A stretch of DNA of 64,000 nucleotides from an uncultured virus (IMG/VR IMGVR_UViG_3300028888_000091). Its lineage: Duplodnaviria > Heunggongvirae > Uroviricota > Caudoviricetes. How positions within the stretch are numbered: position 1 is the first letter of the stretch; every line of letters starts with the position of its first letter. The position numbers were made by a program, and so were the translations under genes. The notes below the pieces were generated by a model. The model made no database searches. It was not told the origin of the DNA and saw only the letters and a program-made list of their open reading frames with translations. The stretch is from IMG/VR virus record IMGVR_UViG_3300028888_000091, one strand, 5' to 3'. Positions 29,604 to 39,519 of this stretch are shown piece after piece.

Positions 29604-30416
29604 TTATCCTATATATACCCAATACCCAGCAATGTTTGCTTTTGTCTTTGTTCCATTATAACACCATATTTGGAAATATCCATTTTTAGATTCATTTGTG
29701 GCTAATCTTGCATCACGATTTAATGTATTATTATTACAACCTACAAAAATCCTTCCCTCTCTTGCAATTGGAAGATTTATATCAATATACTCATAATCAT
29801 TTGCACCAACGGATTTATTGAAATAACCAGTATAAATACTTAAATTTGTGACATTACCTAAACCAATTTGAGATTTTGTTACTGCATGAGGATTACTTTT
29901 ATTTGATGTATGTGAAGATAATTGTGTTTTATCTGCTTTTAAATCAATAGTATCATTAAGTGAACGAACCTCATCAACACTATGAGTATGAGAAATATTA
30001 GATTTATTTCCCAATATTCCTATAATTTCATTAAATTTATTATTTATTATATTATTAGATACTGGATTTTGACTATTTTTCAATGTATTATCAATCACAT
30101 ATTCATCTTTATTTAATTTTTTATCAACTTCAGAATCTAATCTATTAATATTAACTTTAATTAAAGATTTTAAATATTTAATTAATCTTTTTGTTGTAGA
30201 AATATTAATTTTACCATTATTTTCTTCTAATTGATATGTACTAATATCATTTTCAGTAAAATCATCTTCCCCACTTATCTCATCTTCATTATTAATATTA
30301 TTTATTTTATTATAAAAATAACCACTTAATTTCAATGAATAAACACTACCTCTATCTTCCGGTTGAGGAACACCAGTAGTATCATATTCTACTTCAATTT
30401 CATCATTATATCCCAT
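29604..30416 (-). CDS. Tail fibre-like protein
   Basis: SHTH, NPHAVTKSQIGLGNV fibre repeats; beta-rich tip. Confidence 0.7.
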   Translation of the reverse strand: MGYNDEIEVEYDTTGVPQPEDRGSVYSLKLSGYFYNKINNINNEDEISGEDDFTENDISTYQLEENNGKINISTTKRLIKYLKSLIKVNINRLDSEVDKKLNKDEYVIDNTLKNSQNPVSNNIINNKFNEIIGILGNKSNISHTHSVDEVRSLNDTIDLKADKTQLSSHTSNKSNPHAVTKSQIGLGNVTNLSIYTGYFNKSVGANDYEYIDINLPIAREGRIFVGCNNNTLNRDARLATNESKNGYFQIWCYNGTKTKANIAGYWVYIG

Positions 30417-30433
30417 GTCTTATTTTTACTCCT

Positions 30434-31780
30434 TTAATATTCATTATCAAATAAATCTATATGATAATATAAATGACCATCATCAAAATCTATTTCAAAT
30501 AAACCATTATCACCATCATCAATTAAAAAATGAACTTCATTTTCATTATCTGTATTTAATTGAACATTACCAGTATTTATAGAACGAGAAAAAGATAAAA
30601 TTAATCCACTACCATCATTTTTCCATGAATATGCATCATAGTATTTTTTATTTGTTCCCTCAATATAATGATTAGTTGGGATTAAATATAATTTCCTTTT
30701 TTCATTTTCATCATATTCCAATTTGTTATGTATATCTTTTGTATATTCATTAATATCTTCTATTGGAATAAAATTAGATAATACTATATTTTCAACAAAT
30801 ACATAATCAGACAATAATTCACCTAATCTAAATTTATCTCTACTATTACCTAATGAATCTTCAACATATAATATTTGTTTATCTATCACATCAACATCTT
30901 CATCATATTCATCTTTAATTGTTTTATAAGTATATCTTGATTTAATATAATATGCCACACTCTCAATATCTACAATTTTACTAATTGATGGATTATATAA
31001 ACTATTTCCTTTAAATACAAACATTACTTGAGTATGTACACTTAATCCTTTTGGTGGAATAGTTACTGATGCAACACCATCATAATTTGTTGCTTCTGTT
31101 ATACCATAAAATTTAAAATCAGAATCATTATCATTTTTGATATAAATATAAATAACCTCTCCCTCTATAACTGCACCATATTCATTTTTTAAAGTACATT
31201 CTACAAATAAAGGATTTGAAACACTTGTATAAGCATGATTATATCTTATATCTAATACACTACTATTCCTATTTGAATCAGTATCAAGATAAAATTCACC
31301 ATCAACAATTGAATTAGTAATACTTATAACTTTAAATACTACTTTATACATATAAGGATTATCTGCAACATCATATACTTCTAATGATTCCACACTATAT
31401 ATTCTTCTCATACGATTTAAACAATCAATGAAAAATTGTTTAATTTTATATTTAGTATTTGTTCCTTTATTTTTTTTAAGTAATGAATATGATTCATTAC
31501 CAAATTCAGTATAAATAGGATTTCCAGTACGATTAAGATAATTCCAACTTGTTAAACAAGCAACAATAATTCCTACTTGTAAACTATGTAATCCTTTCGC
31601 ACTTACAATATCCCCATCAACAATATCTAAATATGGATTATTCTGATAATTTTTACTTATTTCATCTTGTCCAAACCATAAATCCCATGACCCACCACTT
31701 CTTCTAACTAATCCTATATCGTGATGTAATGTTTTATACTCTTCAATATAAGCAGATGGAACTTCCTCTCTTTCAAACAT
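30434..31780 (-). CDS. Baseplate gp25/GPW-like (sheath initiator) protein with Ig-like extension
   Basis: FGNESYSLLK..IDCLNRMRRI core; T..DGVA...F.G...YNPS Ig-like domain. Confidence 0.65.
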   Translation of the reverse strand: MFEREEVPSAYIEEYKTLHHDIGLVRRSGGSWDLWFGQDEISKNYQNNPYLDIVDGDIVSAKGLHSLQVGIIVACLTSWNYLNRTGNPIYTEFGNESYSLLKKNKGTNTKYKIKQFFIDCLNRMRRIYSVESLEVYDVADNPYMYKVVFKVISITNSIVDGEFYLDTDSNRNSSVLDIRYNHAYTSVSNPLFVECTLKNEYGAVIEGEVIYIYIKNDNDSDFKFYGITEATNYDGVASVTIPPKGLSVHTQVMFVFKGNSLYNPSISKIVDIESVAYYIKSRYTYKTIKDEYDEDVDVIDKQILYVEDSLGNSRDKFRLGELLSDYVFVENIVLSNFIPIEDINEYTKDIHNKLEYDENEKRKLYLIPTNHYIEGTNKKYYDAYSWKNDGSGLILSFSRSINTGNVQLNTDNENEVHFLIDDGDNGLFEIDFDDGHLYYHIDLFDNEY

Positions 31781-31798
31781 AATTATTTTAATCTTTTT

Positions 31799-31972
31799 CT
31801 ATTGTACAAACTCATCATCAGTTTCGTTAATATTATATTTATTTCTTAATTCATTTAATTGGATTTGTAATTCTAATACATCATCAGTTAATCCATCTTT
31901 TTCATATGCTCTTGTAACCATTTTTTGTGCAAAACTAATAATCTTTTTTTGAATGTTTCTACGAATATTCAT
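31799..31972 (-). CDS. Small protein downstream of endolysin (57 aa, not in ORF track)
   Basis: MNIRRNIQKKIISFAQKMVTRAYEKDGLTDDVLELQ...; AGGA SD; fills the intergenic gap. Confidence 0.6.
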   Translation of the reverse strand: MNIRRNIQKKIISFAQKMVTRAYEKDGLTDDVLELQIQLNELRNKYNINETDDEFVQ

Positions 31973-32000
31973 TTTATATTTATCCTTAATTGTTATATAA

Positions 32001-33074
32001 TTACTTTTTTGTCACAATCCAAATACTTTTAACACCAGTCTTATTATTAATATATGTTTTTTCTAAATCATAACTTCTCCATTGCAAATGACCACAATAA
32101 CCAGTAGATGAACATTTACTACCAAGACTATTTAACACTCTAATTTGTTTTTTTGATGTGTCAATTTTATCAAAACATTCATAATGTCCAAATACTTTAC
32201 TCCCTCTTTTCTCACCACTATCTTCATAACCAATATGTGTTCCAACTGCTATATTAGATTTACACATTAATTTTCCTATTGCAGTGAATTGAGCAACAGT
32301 TGAAGTTCCAAAATCAGATAAATATTTCTGTTCAACTTTTAATTTAATACCTTCTTTACGAGCAATATACTCCAAAGCAGTTCTTAAACCACTTGGGTCA
32401 GTACCACTACTTGTTGTACCGGCCAATTTTGCAATATCACTTTGACTATACTTGGTAATACCAAATTTCTTTAACATTTGATGAACCATATTCGGCCCAC
32501 AATGATGATTAGTGATTTGACCTAATTTACCTACACCTTGTTCAGTATAATGAGGTTTACTTGTATATGGATTAGTACAATTAGATTTACTTGTTGGGGA
32601 ACTTGTTTTTTTTACATTTGTGGTTTTTTTAGTTTGTTTTTTAATTGTTTCACTTGTTTTAAATCCACATGATGTAGGTAATCTACCATTCTTATCATAG
32701 AATACTAATATTTTAGCAAAACTATAAATAAATACTCTTTGTTTTATTTTTTTATTTTTTCCAGTTAAGTAATTTGGTAATCTCCTACTATTTTTTGGTT
32801 TCATGAATGTAATTAAATTTTTTGCTAATGATTTATATTCATTAGTAGTTAATGATAAATTAACTGTTTCACCAGTAGGTGAAGGTGCTTTACTCATTTT
32901 TATTAATTCAACATCTTTTTTAGGATTAATTATTGCATTAGTCATGAGATAAGCACAAGTTGGATAATTATACTCAACTTTATCAACAGTTACTGTTTTA
33001 GGAAGTTCACCTTCTTCCTCAACATAATTTTTTATTTTTTCAGATATTTTTATAATTGTTTTAAATTTAATCAT
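32001..33074 (-). CDS. Pseudomurein endoisopeptidase-type endolysin (pseudomurein-binding repeats plus papain-like/C39 peptidase)
   Basis: Repeats EGELPKTV, RRLPNYL, YDKNGRLP; catalytic Q..CGP, GHYE, VLNSLG. Confidence 0.85.
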   Translation of the reverse strand: MIKFKTIIKISEKIKNYVEEEGELPKTVTVDKVEYNYPTCAYLMTNAIINPKKDVELIKMSKAPSPTGETVNLSLTTNEYKSLAKNLITFMKPKNSRRLPNYLTGKNKKIKQRVFIYSFAKILVFYDKNGRLPTSCGFKTSETIKKQTKKTTNVKKTSSPTSKSNCTNPYTSKPHYTEQGVGKLGQITNHHCGPNMVHQMLKKFGITKYSQSDIAKLAGTTSSGTDPSGLRTALEYIARKEGIKLKVEQKYLSDFGTSTVAQFTAIGKLMCKSNIAVGTHIGYEDSGEKRGSKVFGHYECFDKIDTSKKQIRVLNSLGSKCSSTGYCGHLQWRSYDLEKTYINNKTGVKSIWIVTKK

Positions 33075-33088
33075 AATTATTTTTTCTC

Positions 33089-34918
33089 TTAAACTTCTTG
33101 TCCACTTTTATTATACCATTTATCAAAAAGTAATATGTTTGAATTTGGGAAATATATCTTTAAATTAAGATAAATATCCTCACCAGTAGTATTTACTTGG
33201 TAATTAACATTATAAGTATAATTTTTTTGTGAAATTGTAGTTGTAAATGATTCATATCCATCTGCCCCTATATCATCATAAGGACGATAATAAAAACCTC
33301 CTTCCATTCTCAAGCCAAATACATTTGTTTCAAAAATAAATTCTACACTATTAGGAGATGTAGAATATCTTCTTGTACTAACTACAGATATTTCTATGAG
33401 ATTACTAAAACATTTTATAATATTATATAATGCACTATTTGATAAATATTGATTATTATTATTTGTTAATGTAGATACTTTATTTGAAATATTTTCTTTT
33501 GAAGATAAAGCAGTAGTTACTGCATTTGTTGTTGGATAAGTAGTAGAATTACTATTATTTAAAGTATTTACTTTATTAGATGAATTTTCTTTTGTATTAT
33601 CTATCATTTCTAAATTATTAGATAATGATGTCATACCTTCATAAACAATCTTATTTTGTATTGGATTTATACTTGTACTACTCCATTCTGAATCTACTAT
33701 TGTTTGTAAATCTGATATATCCCCTATAAGCATATATACAGACCCACTCCATCGATAACTATTACCAGTTCCAGTATCTAAATAAATCTTACTTTTTTGT
33801 TCTATTAAATTCGATTCTGATGAATTTGATGGTGTAAAAGTTTGTCCATCTTGACTCATAGTTCCTTCAATCACATCATCAATATGAGTTGGCAATTGAC
33901 TTGATGGAATTTTACCGGCATCGTTCAATTGAGCAATACCATTAGGTTCACCTAATTTATTAATCACATTATTTTCAAATAATGTATCAACATCACTCAT
34001 ACTATAAAATTGTCCACGAGTACCTCTTGTTAATAATTTCAAGAATACATCTTTCTCATCTTCTGAAAGTTGTTCTGATTGTGAAACTTCAATTTTTAAT
34101 TCATCAATGACATTATAATTCATTTCATAATCATTACTACTGATTAATTTAATAGGTACTGTATTTGCTTTTTTACATAAGTAAATATTATAATGCATTA
34201 TTTCATTGTCATCAAGACCATGATTATTATATAAGTAAAGAGCATTTTTTTCCAATGGAACACTTGCATAATCATCATTACCATCTAAAACAAGATTACC
34301 ATCATCATCATAATATTTACAAGTATTAACTAACACATTATTATCATCAAGATATATACTTGATTTTGGGTCATCTTCACAAATATAATATTTAATATCA
34401 CCCTCAATCTCATCAAAGAAATTCTTAAATTTCTCATCATTCGGATTAGCAGATACTAATGTATCAACAATATGTGGAGAAATATCTGAAACTAATTTAC
34501 CATATCCTTCATTATCATTATAAATATAAGCAGTAACATCACTAATGAAACTGGATTCGGCATATTGAAGATTACCATTTTCATCTATTAATTCTCCTTG
34601 TTCATTAGTGAAATGTCCTTCACTATCTATCCATATTGGTTTATATTCATATCCATATACTGCTTCATCAAAAGGTTCACCTTGAACATCAGTAGGATTA
34701 AATTCTTCATCTAAAATATATCCTTCTTCATTACATATTTCACCATTTAAGTCAAGATAATATTGTCTAATATCACCAGTTCCTTTTAATGTTACAAATT
34801 TATCGTTTTGTTTATCATATTTGAGGTCAGTATAAGATGGTGTACTTCCTTTATCTCCTTTTTCACCTTTTTCACCTTGAATGCCTCTAACATTACCTAT
34901 ATCAATTCTATTGTTCAT
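33089..34918 (-). CDS. Tail fibre-like protein with collagen triplets
   Basis: GIQGEKGEKGDKG; GKIPSSQLP..YRWSG; KENxSNKV repeats. Confidence 0.7.
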   Translation of the reverse strand: MNNRIDIGNVRGIQGEKGEKGDKGSTPSYTDLKYDKQNDKFVTLKGTGDIRQYYLDLNGEICNEEGYILDEEFNPTDVQGEPFDEAVYGYEYKPIWIDSEGHFTNEQGELIDENGNLQYAESSFISDVTAYIYNDNEGYGKLVSDISPHIVDTLVSANPNDEKFKNFFDEIEGDIKYYICEDDPKSSIYLDDNNVLVNTCKYYDDDGNLVLDGNDDYASVPLEKNALYLYNNHGLDDNEIMHYNIYLCKKANTVPIKLISSNDYEMNYNVIDELKIEVSQSEQLSEDEKDVFLKLLTRGTRGQFYSMSDVDTLFENNVINKLGEPNGIAQLNDAGKIPSSQLPTHIDDVIEGTMSQDGQTFTPSNSSESNLIEQKSKIYLDTGTGNSYRWSGSVYMLIGDISDLQTIVDSEWSSTSINPIQNKIVYEGMTSLSNNLEMIDNTKENSSNKVNTLNNSNSTTYPTTNAVTTALSSKENISNKVSTLTNNNNQYLSNSALYNIIKCFSNLIEISVVSTRRYSTSPNSVEFIFETNVFGLRMEGGFYYRPYDDIGADGYESFTTTISQKNYTYNVNYQVNTTGEDIYLNLKIYFPNSNILLFDKWYNKSGQEV

Positions 34919-34972
34919 GATTATATTATTTTCCTTAATATTTATTTTATGTTTAAATTTGGATTTAACTAT

Positions 34973-36904
34973 TTATGGGTTAATAGGATATTCAAGTACA
35001 ATAATTGTATCTCCCCATACTTTAAGCACATCAGATTTACCAATAACTATATCATTACCCCTATTAGTAAGTTCATTATCATAATAACCAAATGCTATCA
35101 TTCCAGTTGTTGAATCATCATTGTTAAGAGTAATCTGATTCCATGAAAATTGTCCATCTGGTGTAATATTCCCAGTTGTTGAATCAATATTGAATACTGC
35201 AAATGATGAAGTTAATGGTAATTTTGTTCTTGTAATTATATCTGTTTCTAATGATTCAATAAATGACAATGGAATATTATCATTAGGATTTGGATATGTA
35301 TTTATTAATGTATTCATACTTGCTACTGTTAATTTTTTATATTTTAATACAGTTGGTACAACTTTAGGTATTCCTTTAGATAAAGTTACAACAATATCTA
35401 TATAATCAACTGATGTGTCAATATCAATTGGGTCATCACTATTAATTGCATATTGTGGTATTGGGTTATTTTCATCAGTATCTAAATAGAAATACACATC
35501 TGATTGAGAATATTTCTCTTCTTCAGTATGTATAGATGGAAAACCAGTATTAACTTTTACTTGAATTGTACCATTACTATTTGTATATACAGTTGATTCA
35601 CTATAATTTTTATCAGTTACTTTACATTCTAAATTAGATATTGGATTTCCATCAGTATCAATATAAGTAACATATGCAGTCCAACTGTTAGATTGAATAT
35701 CTTCTGAACTTGGTTCAATAATATATACATCTTGATTTTCAATCACATCAAACTCTACAAAATTAATAACTCCATTATCAATAATATTTACTGATAATGT
35801 GTATCCTTCCCCATTTGGTATATTTAAAAATTCAAACACATAATAATCAATATTATCAATAGTTTCAGAATAATGATTTATACAATGATATTCATCACCA
35901 TATTTAATACTCAAATAAGCAATTAATCCCCTATATGATTTAGATATACTACCTTCACTTTCAAATCTTCCTTGTGGCACTTTTAGAGTAATAATACGAA
36001 CATTTTTCTTATTAGCATTTTCTAATAATAAATTTTCAAATTCATCTAATCTTGAAATAATTTCAGTATCATCGTAATTACTTAAATTTGCTAATTTGTT
36101 TTTTTCATTAGTAGTATAATCTTCGGTACTTAATCCTTTACCAGTTATAGTATTAACTTTACTATCTAAATAAGTATCAACTTCTCTTTTAGTATAATAT
36201 CCACTTAAACTTTGATGTTCTTGTAAATATTTATTATCAGATTCTGATTTAGTATAATAATCATCTAAACTTTGATGTTCATTAATAAACCCAACATCAT
36301 TAACTAAATCAGATACATTAACTGGAATACTTTCCCTTATATCATTATGTGATTCAAAATCATTATCATGAATAATTATTTTTTCATCAACTTCAAGATG
36401 AGTAGCATAATCTTCATGTTCATGAAAACTTGGATTAAATTCTAATGGAACATTCTTCAAATCAGAATACTCACCACTCAACCCTACATTACTTATCTCT
36501 GATTTATTTATTTTATGCCTTAATCTCTCATTAAGTTCATGTAAAATATCTTTTGAATATTCTTCATCAAGAGAAGATAAATCTTGTGTATATCCACTTG
36601 TGAATAATTTAACTTTTAATTCATTAGTTGTAATTCTATAATTATCATTAACCCCATAAACACTAACATAGAAATGTTTATTTTTCACAACTGGATATGG
36701 AACAACAATACCTTTTTCTTTATCATAACTAAATTGGAATGTTTCATTATCTTCATTTTTAAGAAGAACAAATATATCCATATTATTCCAATCAACTGTT
36801 CTAAAATCAAATTTTAATCTAATATAATTATCTGATTGAGATACAAGATATTTATGTTCTATCTTAATTAATTTTTGATTTTCAACTTTAAAATTCAAAT
36901 CCAT
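34973..36904 (-). CDS. Tail fibre / receptor-binding-like protein (BppU-like N-terminus, Ig-like C-terminus)
   Basis: N-terminal LKFDF..DW..F; EHQSL repeats; GKGLSTEDYT; DGNPI..TNSNG. Confidence 0.7.
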   Translation of the reverse strand: MDLNFKVENQKLIKIEHKYLVSQSDNYIRLKFDFRTVDWNNMDIFVLLKNEDNETFQFSYDKEKGIVVPYPVVKNKHFYVSVYGVNDNYRITTNELKVKLFTSGYTQDLSSLDEEYSKDILHELNERLRHKINKSEISNVGLSGEYSDLKNVPLEFNPSFHEHEDYATHLEVDEKIIIHDNDFESHNDIRESIPVNVSDLVNDVGFINEHQSLDDYYTKSESDNKYLQEHQSLSGYYTKREVDTYLDSKVNTITGKGLSTEDYTTNEKNKLANLSNYDDTEIISRLDEFENLLLENANKKNVRIITLKVPQGRFESEGSISKSYRGLIAYLSIKYGDEYHCINHYSETIDNIDYYVFEFLNIPNGEGYTLSVNIIDNGVINFVEFDVIENQDVYIIEPSSEDIQSNSWTAYVTYIDTDGNPISNLECKVTDKNYSESTVYTNSNGTIQVKVNTGFPSIHTEEEKYSQSDVYFYLDTDENNPIPQYAINSDDPIDIDTSVDYIDIVVTLSKGIPKVVPTVLKYKKLTVASMNTLINTYPNPNDNIPLSFIESLETDIITRTKLPLTSSFAVFNIDSTTGNITPDGQFSWNQITLNNDDSTTGMIAFGYYDNELTNRGNDIVIGKSDVLKVWGDTIIVLEYPINP

Positions 36905-36920
36905 TATTTTTTAATTCACC

Positions 36921-37706
36921 TTAATTCTTTTGTCTTATAATTAGTAATATTGAAAATAATAATATCCATACTGGATTACCAGTTTTATTAGATTTATTCA
37001 AATAAATTTTTTCATTATTTTTTATTTTTTTTATTATTTTTTTATTTTCAAATGTGAAATTTATACTTTGATTAAAATTAGAATTATTTATATTTATTTG
37101 AGTATTATTTGATGAAATATTATTATTTTGGATAATATTATTTGTAATATTCATTAAATCGAATTGGTAAGCAAAATAATTTTGATGATGTTCATATTCT
37201 GATAAGAATATTCTAAAACTATATTTTAATCCAGTAGTATCATTTAATTTAATAATTCCATCATTTGGATAATGTTTTGGATTTTCTTTAATATAATCAA
37301 CAAGAGATTGATTTATTCTCCAACTATGGAAATTATCAGAAAATGTCCAAATATAATGTTGTGTAACTATTTTATCTTTAATAGCAATATCATGATAATC
37401 AATAAAGAATGTTTTTAAATAATCACCAATATATTCACCAGTATTACTCAATGCATAATCCATACTCACAACATAAAATTTATCACCTTTAACTGCTTCT
37501 TTTTCCCCATATTCCAAACAATACCCATTATAATCATTACTGAAACTTGTATTAAAATGACCATCTTCATCTGCAATAACAATTTCATCATATACTGGTT
37601 CTTGAATTAAAGTAGTATTATATTCAATTGTATTATTTCCGGCAGTTACACATGGAAAAACTAAAAATAAAATTAAAATAATGAAAAATATTTTCTTAAT
37701 ATACAT
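36921..37706 (-). CDS. Secreted, membrane-anchored thioester-domain (TED/TQXA-like) adhesin
   Basis: Signal peptide; GYCLE, TQHYIW, HQNY motifs; Asn-rich stalk; KTGNP + hydrophobic helix + basic tail. Confidence 0.75.
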   Translation of the reverse strand: MYIKKIFFIILILFLVFPCVTAGNNTIEYNTTLIQEPVYDEIVIADEDGHFNTSFSNDYNGYCLEYGEKEAVKGDKFYVVSMDYALSNTGEYIGDYLKTFFIDYHDIAIKDKIVTQHYIWTFSDNFHSWRINQSLVDYIKENPKHYPNDGIIKLNDTTGLKYSFRIFLSEYEHHQNYFAYQFDLMNITNNIIQNNNISSNNTQININNSNFNQSINFTFENKKIIKKIKNNEKIYLNKSNKTGNPVWILLFSILLIIRQKN

Positions 37707-37885
37707 AGTTATTTTCTGTTTTTAATAATTATTTTCTCTTCAAATTCATTTATAATACATTTATTGTTTTGTAAATAATTACATTTACTTATATCTCCAT
37801 TGTGCCATTCCTTATAGCAACAACCATCACATTGATTAGTTTTATTGTTTTTCATTGTTATGCAGTCCTTTTCTTTAATAACACA

Positions 37886-38404
37886 CTAATAACTTGTAAA
37901 AGATATTATGTTTGATTGAGCAGTCATTGTTGGGAATTTAATATAACTATCAGTTGCAACATCATAATATATGAGTATTAATACACTATTTTGATAATTA
38001 CTACTTAAATCAACACTAATACTGGCTCTTGCTTGTTGAACTATTATACTCCCAGTTTCACCATTTAAACCATAGAACTCACCACTTTCCATTTCATCGC
38101 CACTTATTCTTGCAAATTCAACAAATTCTAATAAATCATCATCATTTATGGAATTATAAGCACTTTCATACTCTTCAACTGTTGTTACTTGATAATTTGG
38201 AAACAAGGCAAAATATACTTCTACATTATAATTTAGAATAGAGTTCCTTAAATTTGGAAATACAGTATTTATTGATAATGGTTGCTCCAATAAAGTCCCA
38301 CTACTGCTTTTCTGATACCAATACTTATTATTATCCAAGCAAAGTATACTTTCAACTTCTTTGTTGTTGAGTATTACACTTGAAACATTATCAAAAATCC
38401 CCAT
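37886..38404 (-). CDS. Hypothetical protein of the fibre cluster
   Basis: Coupled to neighbours; no family recognised. Confidence 0.6.
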   Translation of the reverse strand: MGIFDNVSSVILNNKEVESILCLDNNKYWYQKSSSGTLLEQPLSINTVFPNLRNSILNYNVEVYFALFPNYQVTTVEEYESAYNSINDDDLLEFVEFARISGDEMESGEFYGLNGETGSIIVQQARASISVDLSSNYQNSVLILIYYDVATDSYIKFPTMTAQSNIISFTSY

Positions 38405-38410
38405 ACTTAT

Positions 38411-38671
38411 CTAACTTCCAGTATATTTTAATAATTTAATTGTTTCGCTTGTACTGTCTGTATAATTGATTTGCAAGTTCACAATGCTCACATTATTAAT
38501 ATCAGAGTAATTATGTGTATGTGATGTTACACTTCCATTAGTTACTGTGAATGTTGATGTTGTATTGTCTGTATATGTGATTGTGTATGTGTCTACAAGT
38601 CCTTGTGTGCTTGTTTTTGTTATACTACTTATTCCTTTACCGACTACATTTCCCAAGTCATATGTTGCCAT
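38411..38671 (-). CDS. Small fibre-associated protein
   Basis: DLGNVVG, GISSITKTST.GLVDTYTITYTD..TFTVTNG fibre motif. Confidence 0.65.
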   Translation of the reverse strand: MATYDLGNVVGKGISSITKTSTQGLVDTYTITYTDNTTSTFTVTNGSVTSHTHNYSDINNVSIVNLQINYTDSTSETIKLLKYTGS

Positions 38672-38673
38672 TT

Positions 38674-39519
38674 TTAACTACCTCCACTTGTATTATAGAT
38701 TAAATGCCCATTTGCATTGATTGTATAAGGATTTGACATTCCATTCGGTAACTCTACGATGAGATGACCATTACTATCAATAGAGAAGTATCCGACTGCA
38801 TTTACAGTTGTACTGCTCCCTCCTTCTTGGATAGTTATATTTCCACTTCCAAGCAAACTATTCCCATTAACTGTTTTAATATTTGTACCACTTACCAATG
38901 TTGCTTGTTTTCCATTTAAACTTGTTTGTAAATTAGTAACATCTGAAATCTTATGAGTATGAACAGAGTCTGCTTTATCATTTGCAAGGTCATATGCAGT
39001 CTTTACTGCCTTTGGTGTCGCAGACAATACTTCACTTGTACTTGTTGTACTGCTTGATAATTTTGTAATCCCATAATATGTTGTTGTTGCAGTTCCACCT
39101 TCTAATAAAACCATATTTGTTCCATCATAGACAAATCCAACCACTTCACCAGATTTCCAGTAATATCTGCTTGTTTTTGTTGTTCCTACTGTCGCAATAT
39201 CTTTTTCTACTCCATCAATGCTTATTATTGCAGTACCATTATATTTGTTAGAATCATTGAATTTCACAAACAAGATATTTCCAGTATTGAAACTCCAATC
39301 ATCGACTGTTACTACTTTTATTTGAGTTGTACCAACAGTATCACAAGTTCCATAGAAAACATTTTGTTCACCACTCCCATTAATAGTAATATTCCCATTT
39401 CCAAGTAAAGTTTCACTATTAATTGTTTTTATATTTGTACCGCTAACAAGTTTGTCTTGATATATATTATCGAACCAACTTCTTAACCAACTTATAAGAC
39501 CAGTTACATCTTGACTCAT
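38674..39519 (-). CDS. Tail fibre protein
   Basis: LVSGTNIKT(I/V)N..LLG.GNITI twice; YGITKLSS..ATPKAVKTAYD. Confidence 0.8.
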   Translation of the reverse strand: MSQDVTGLISWLRSWFDNIYQDKLVSGTNIKTINSETLLGNGNITINGSGEQNVFYGTCDTVGTTQIKVVTVDDWSFNTGNILFVKFNDSNKYNGTAIISIDGVEKDIATVGTTKTSRYYWKSGEVVGFVYDGTNMVLLEGGTATTTYYGITKLSSSTTSTSEVLSATPKAVKTAYDLANDKADSVHTHKISDVTNLQTSLNGKQATLVSGTNIKTVNGNSLLGSGNITIQEGGSSTTVNAVGYFSIDSNGHLIVELPNGMSNPYTINANGHLIYNTSGGS

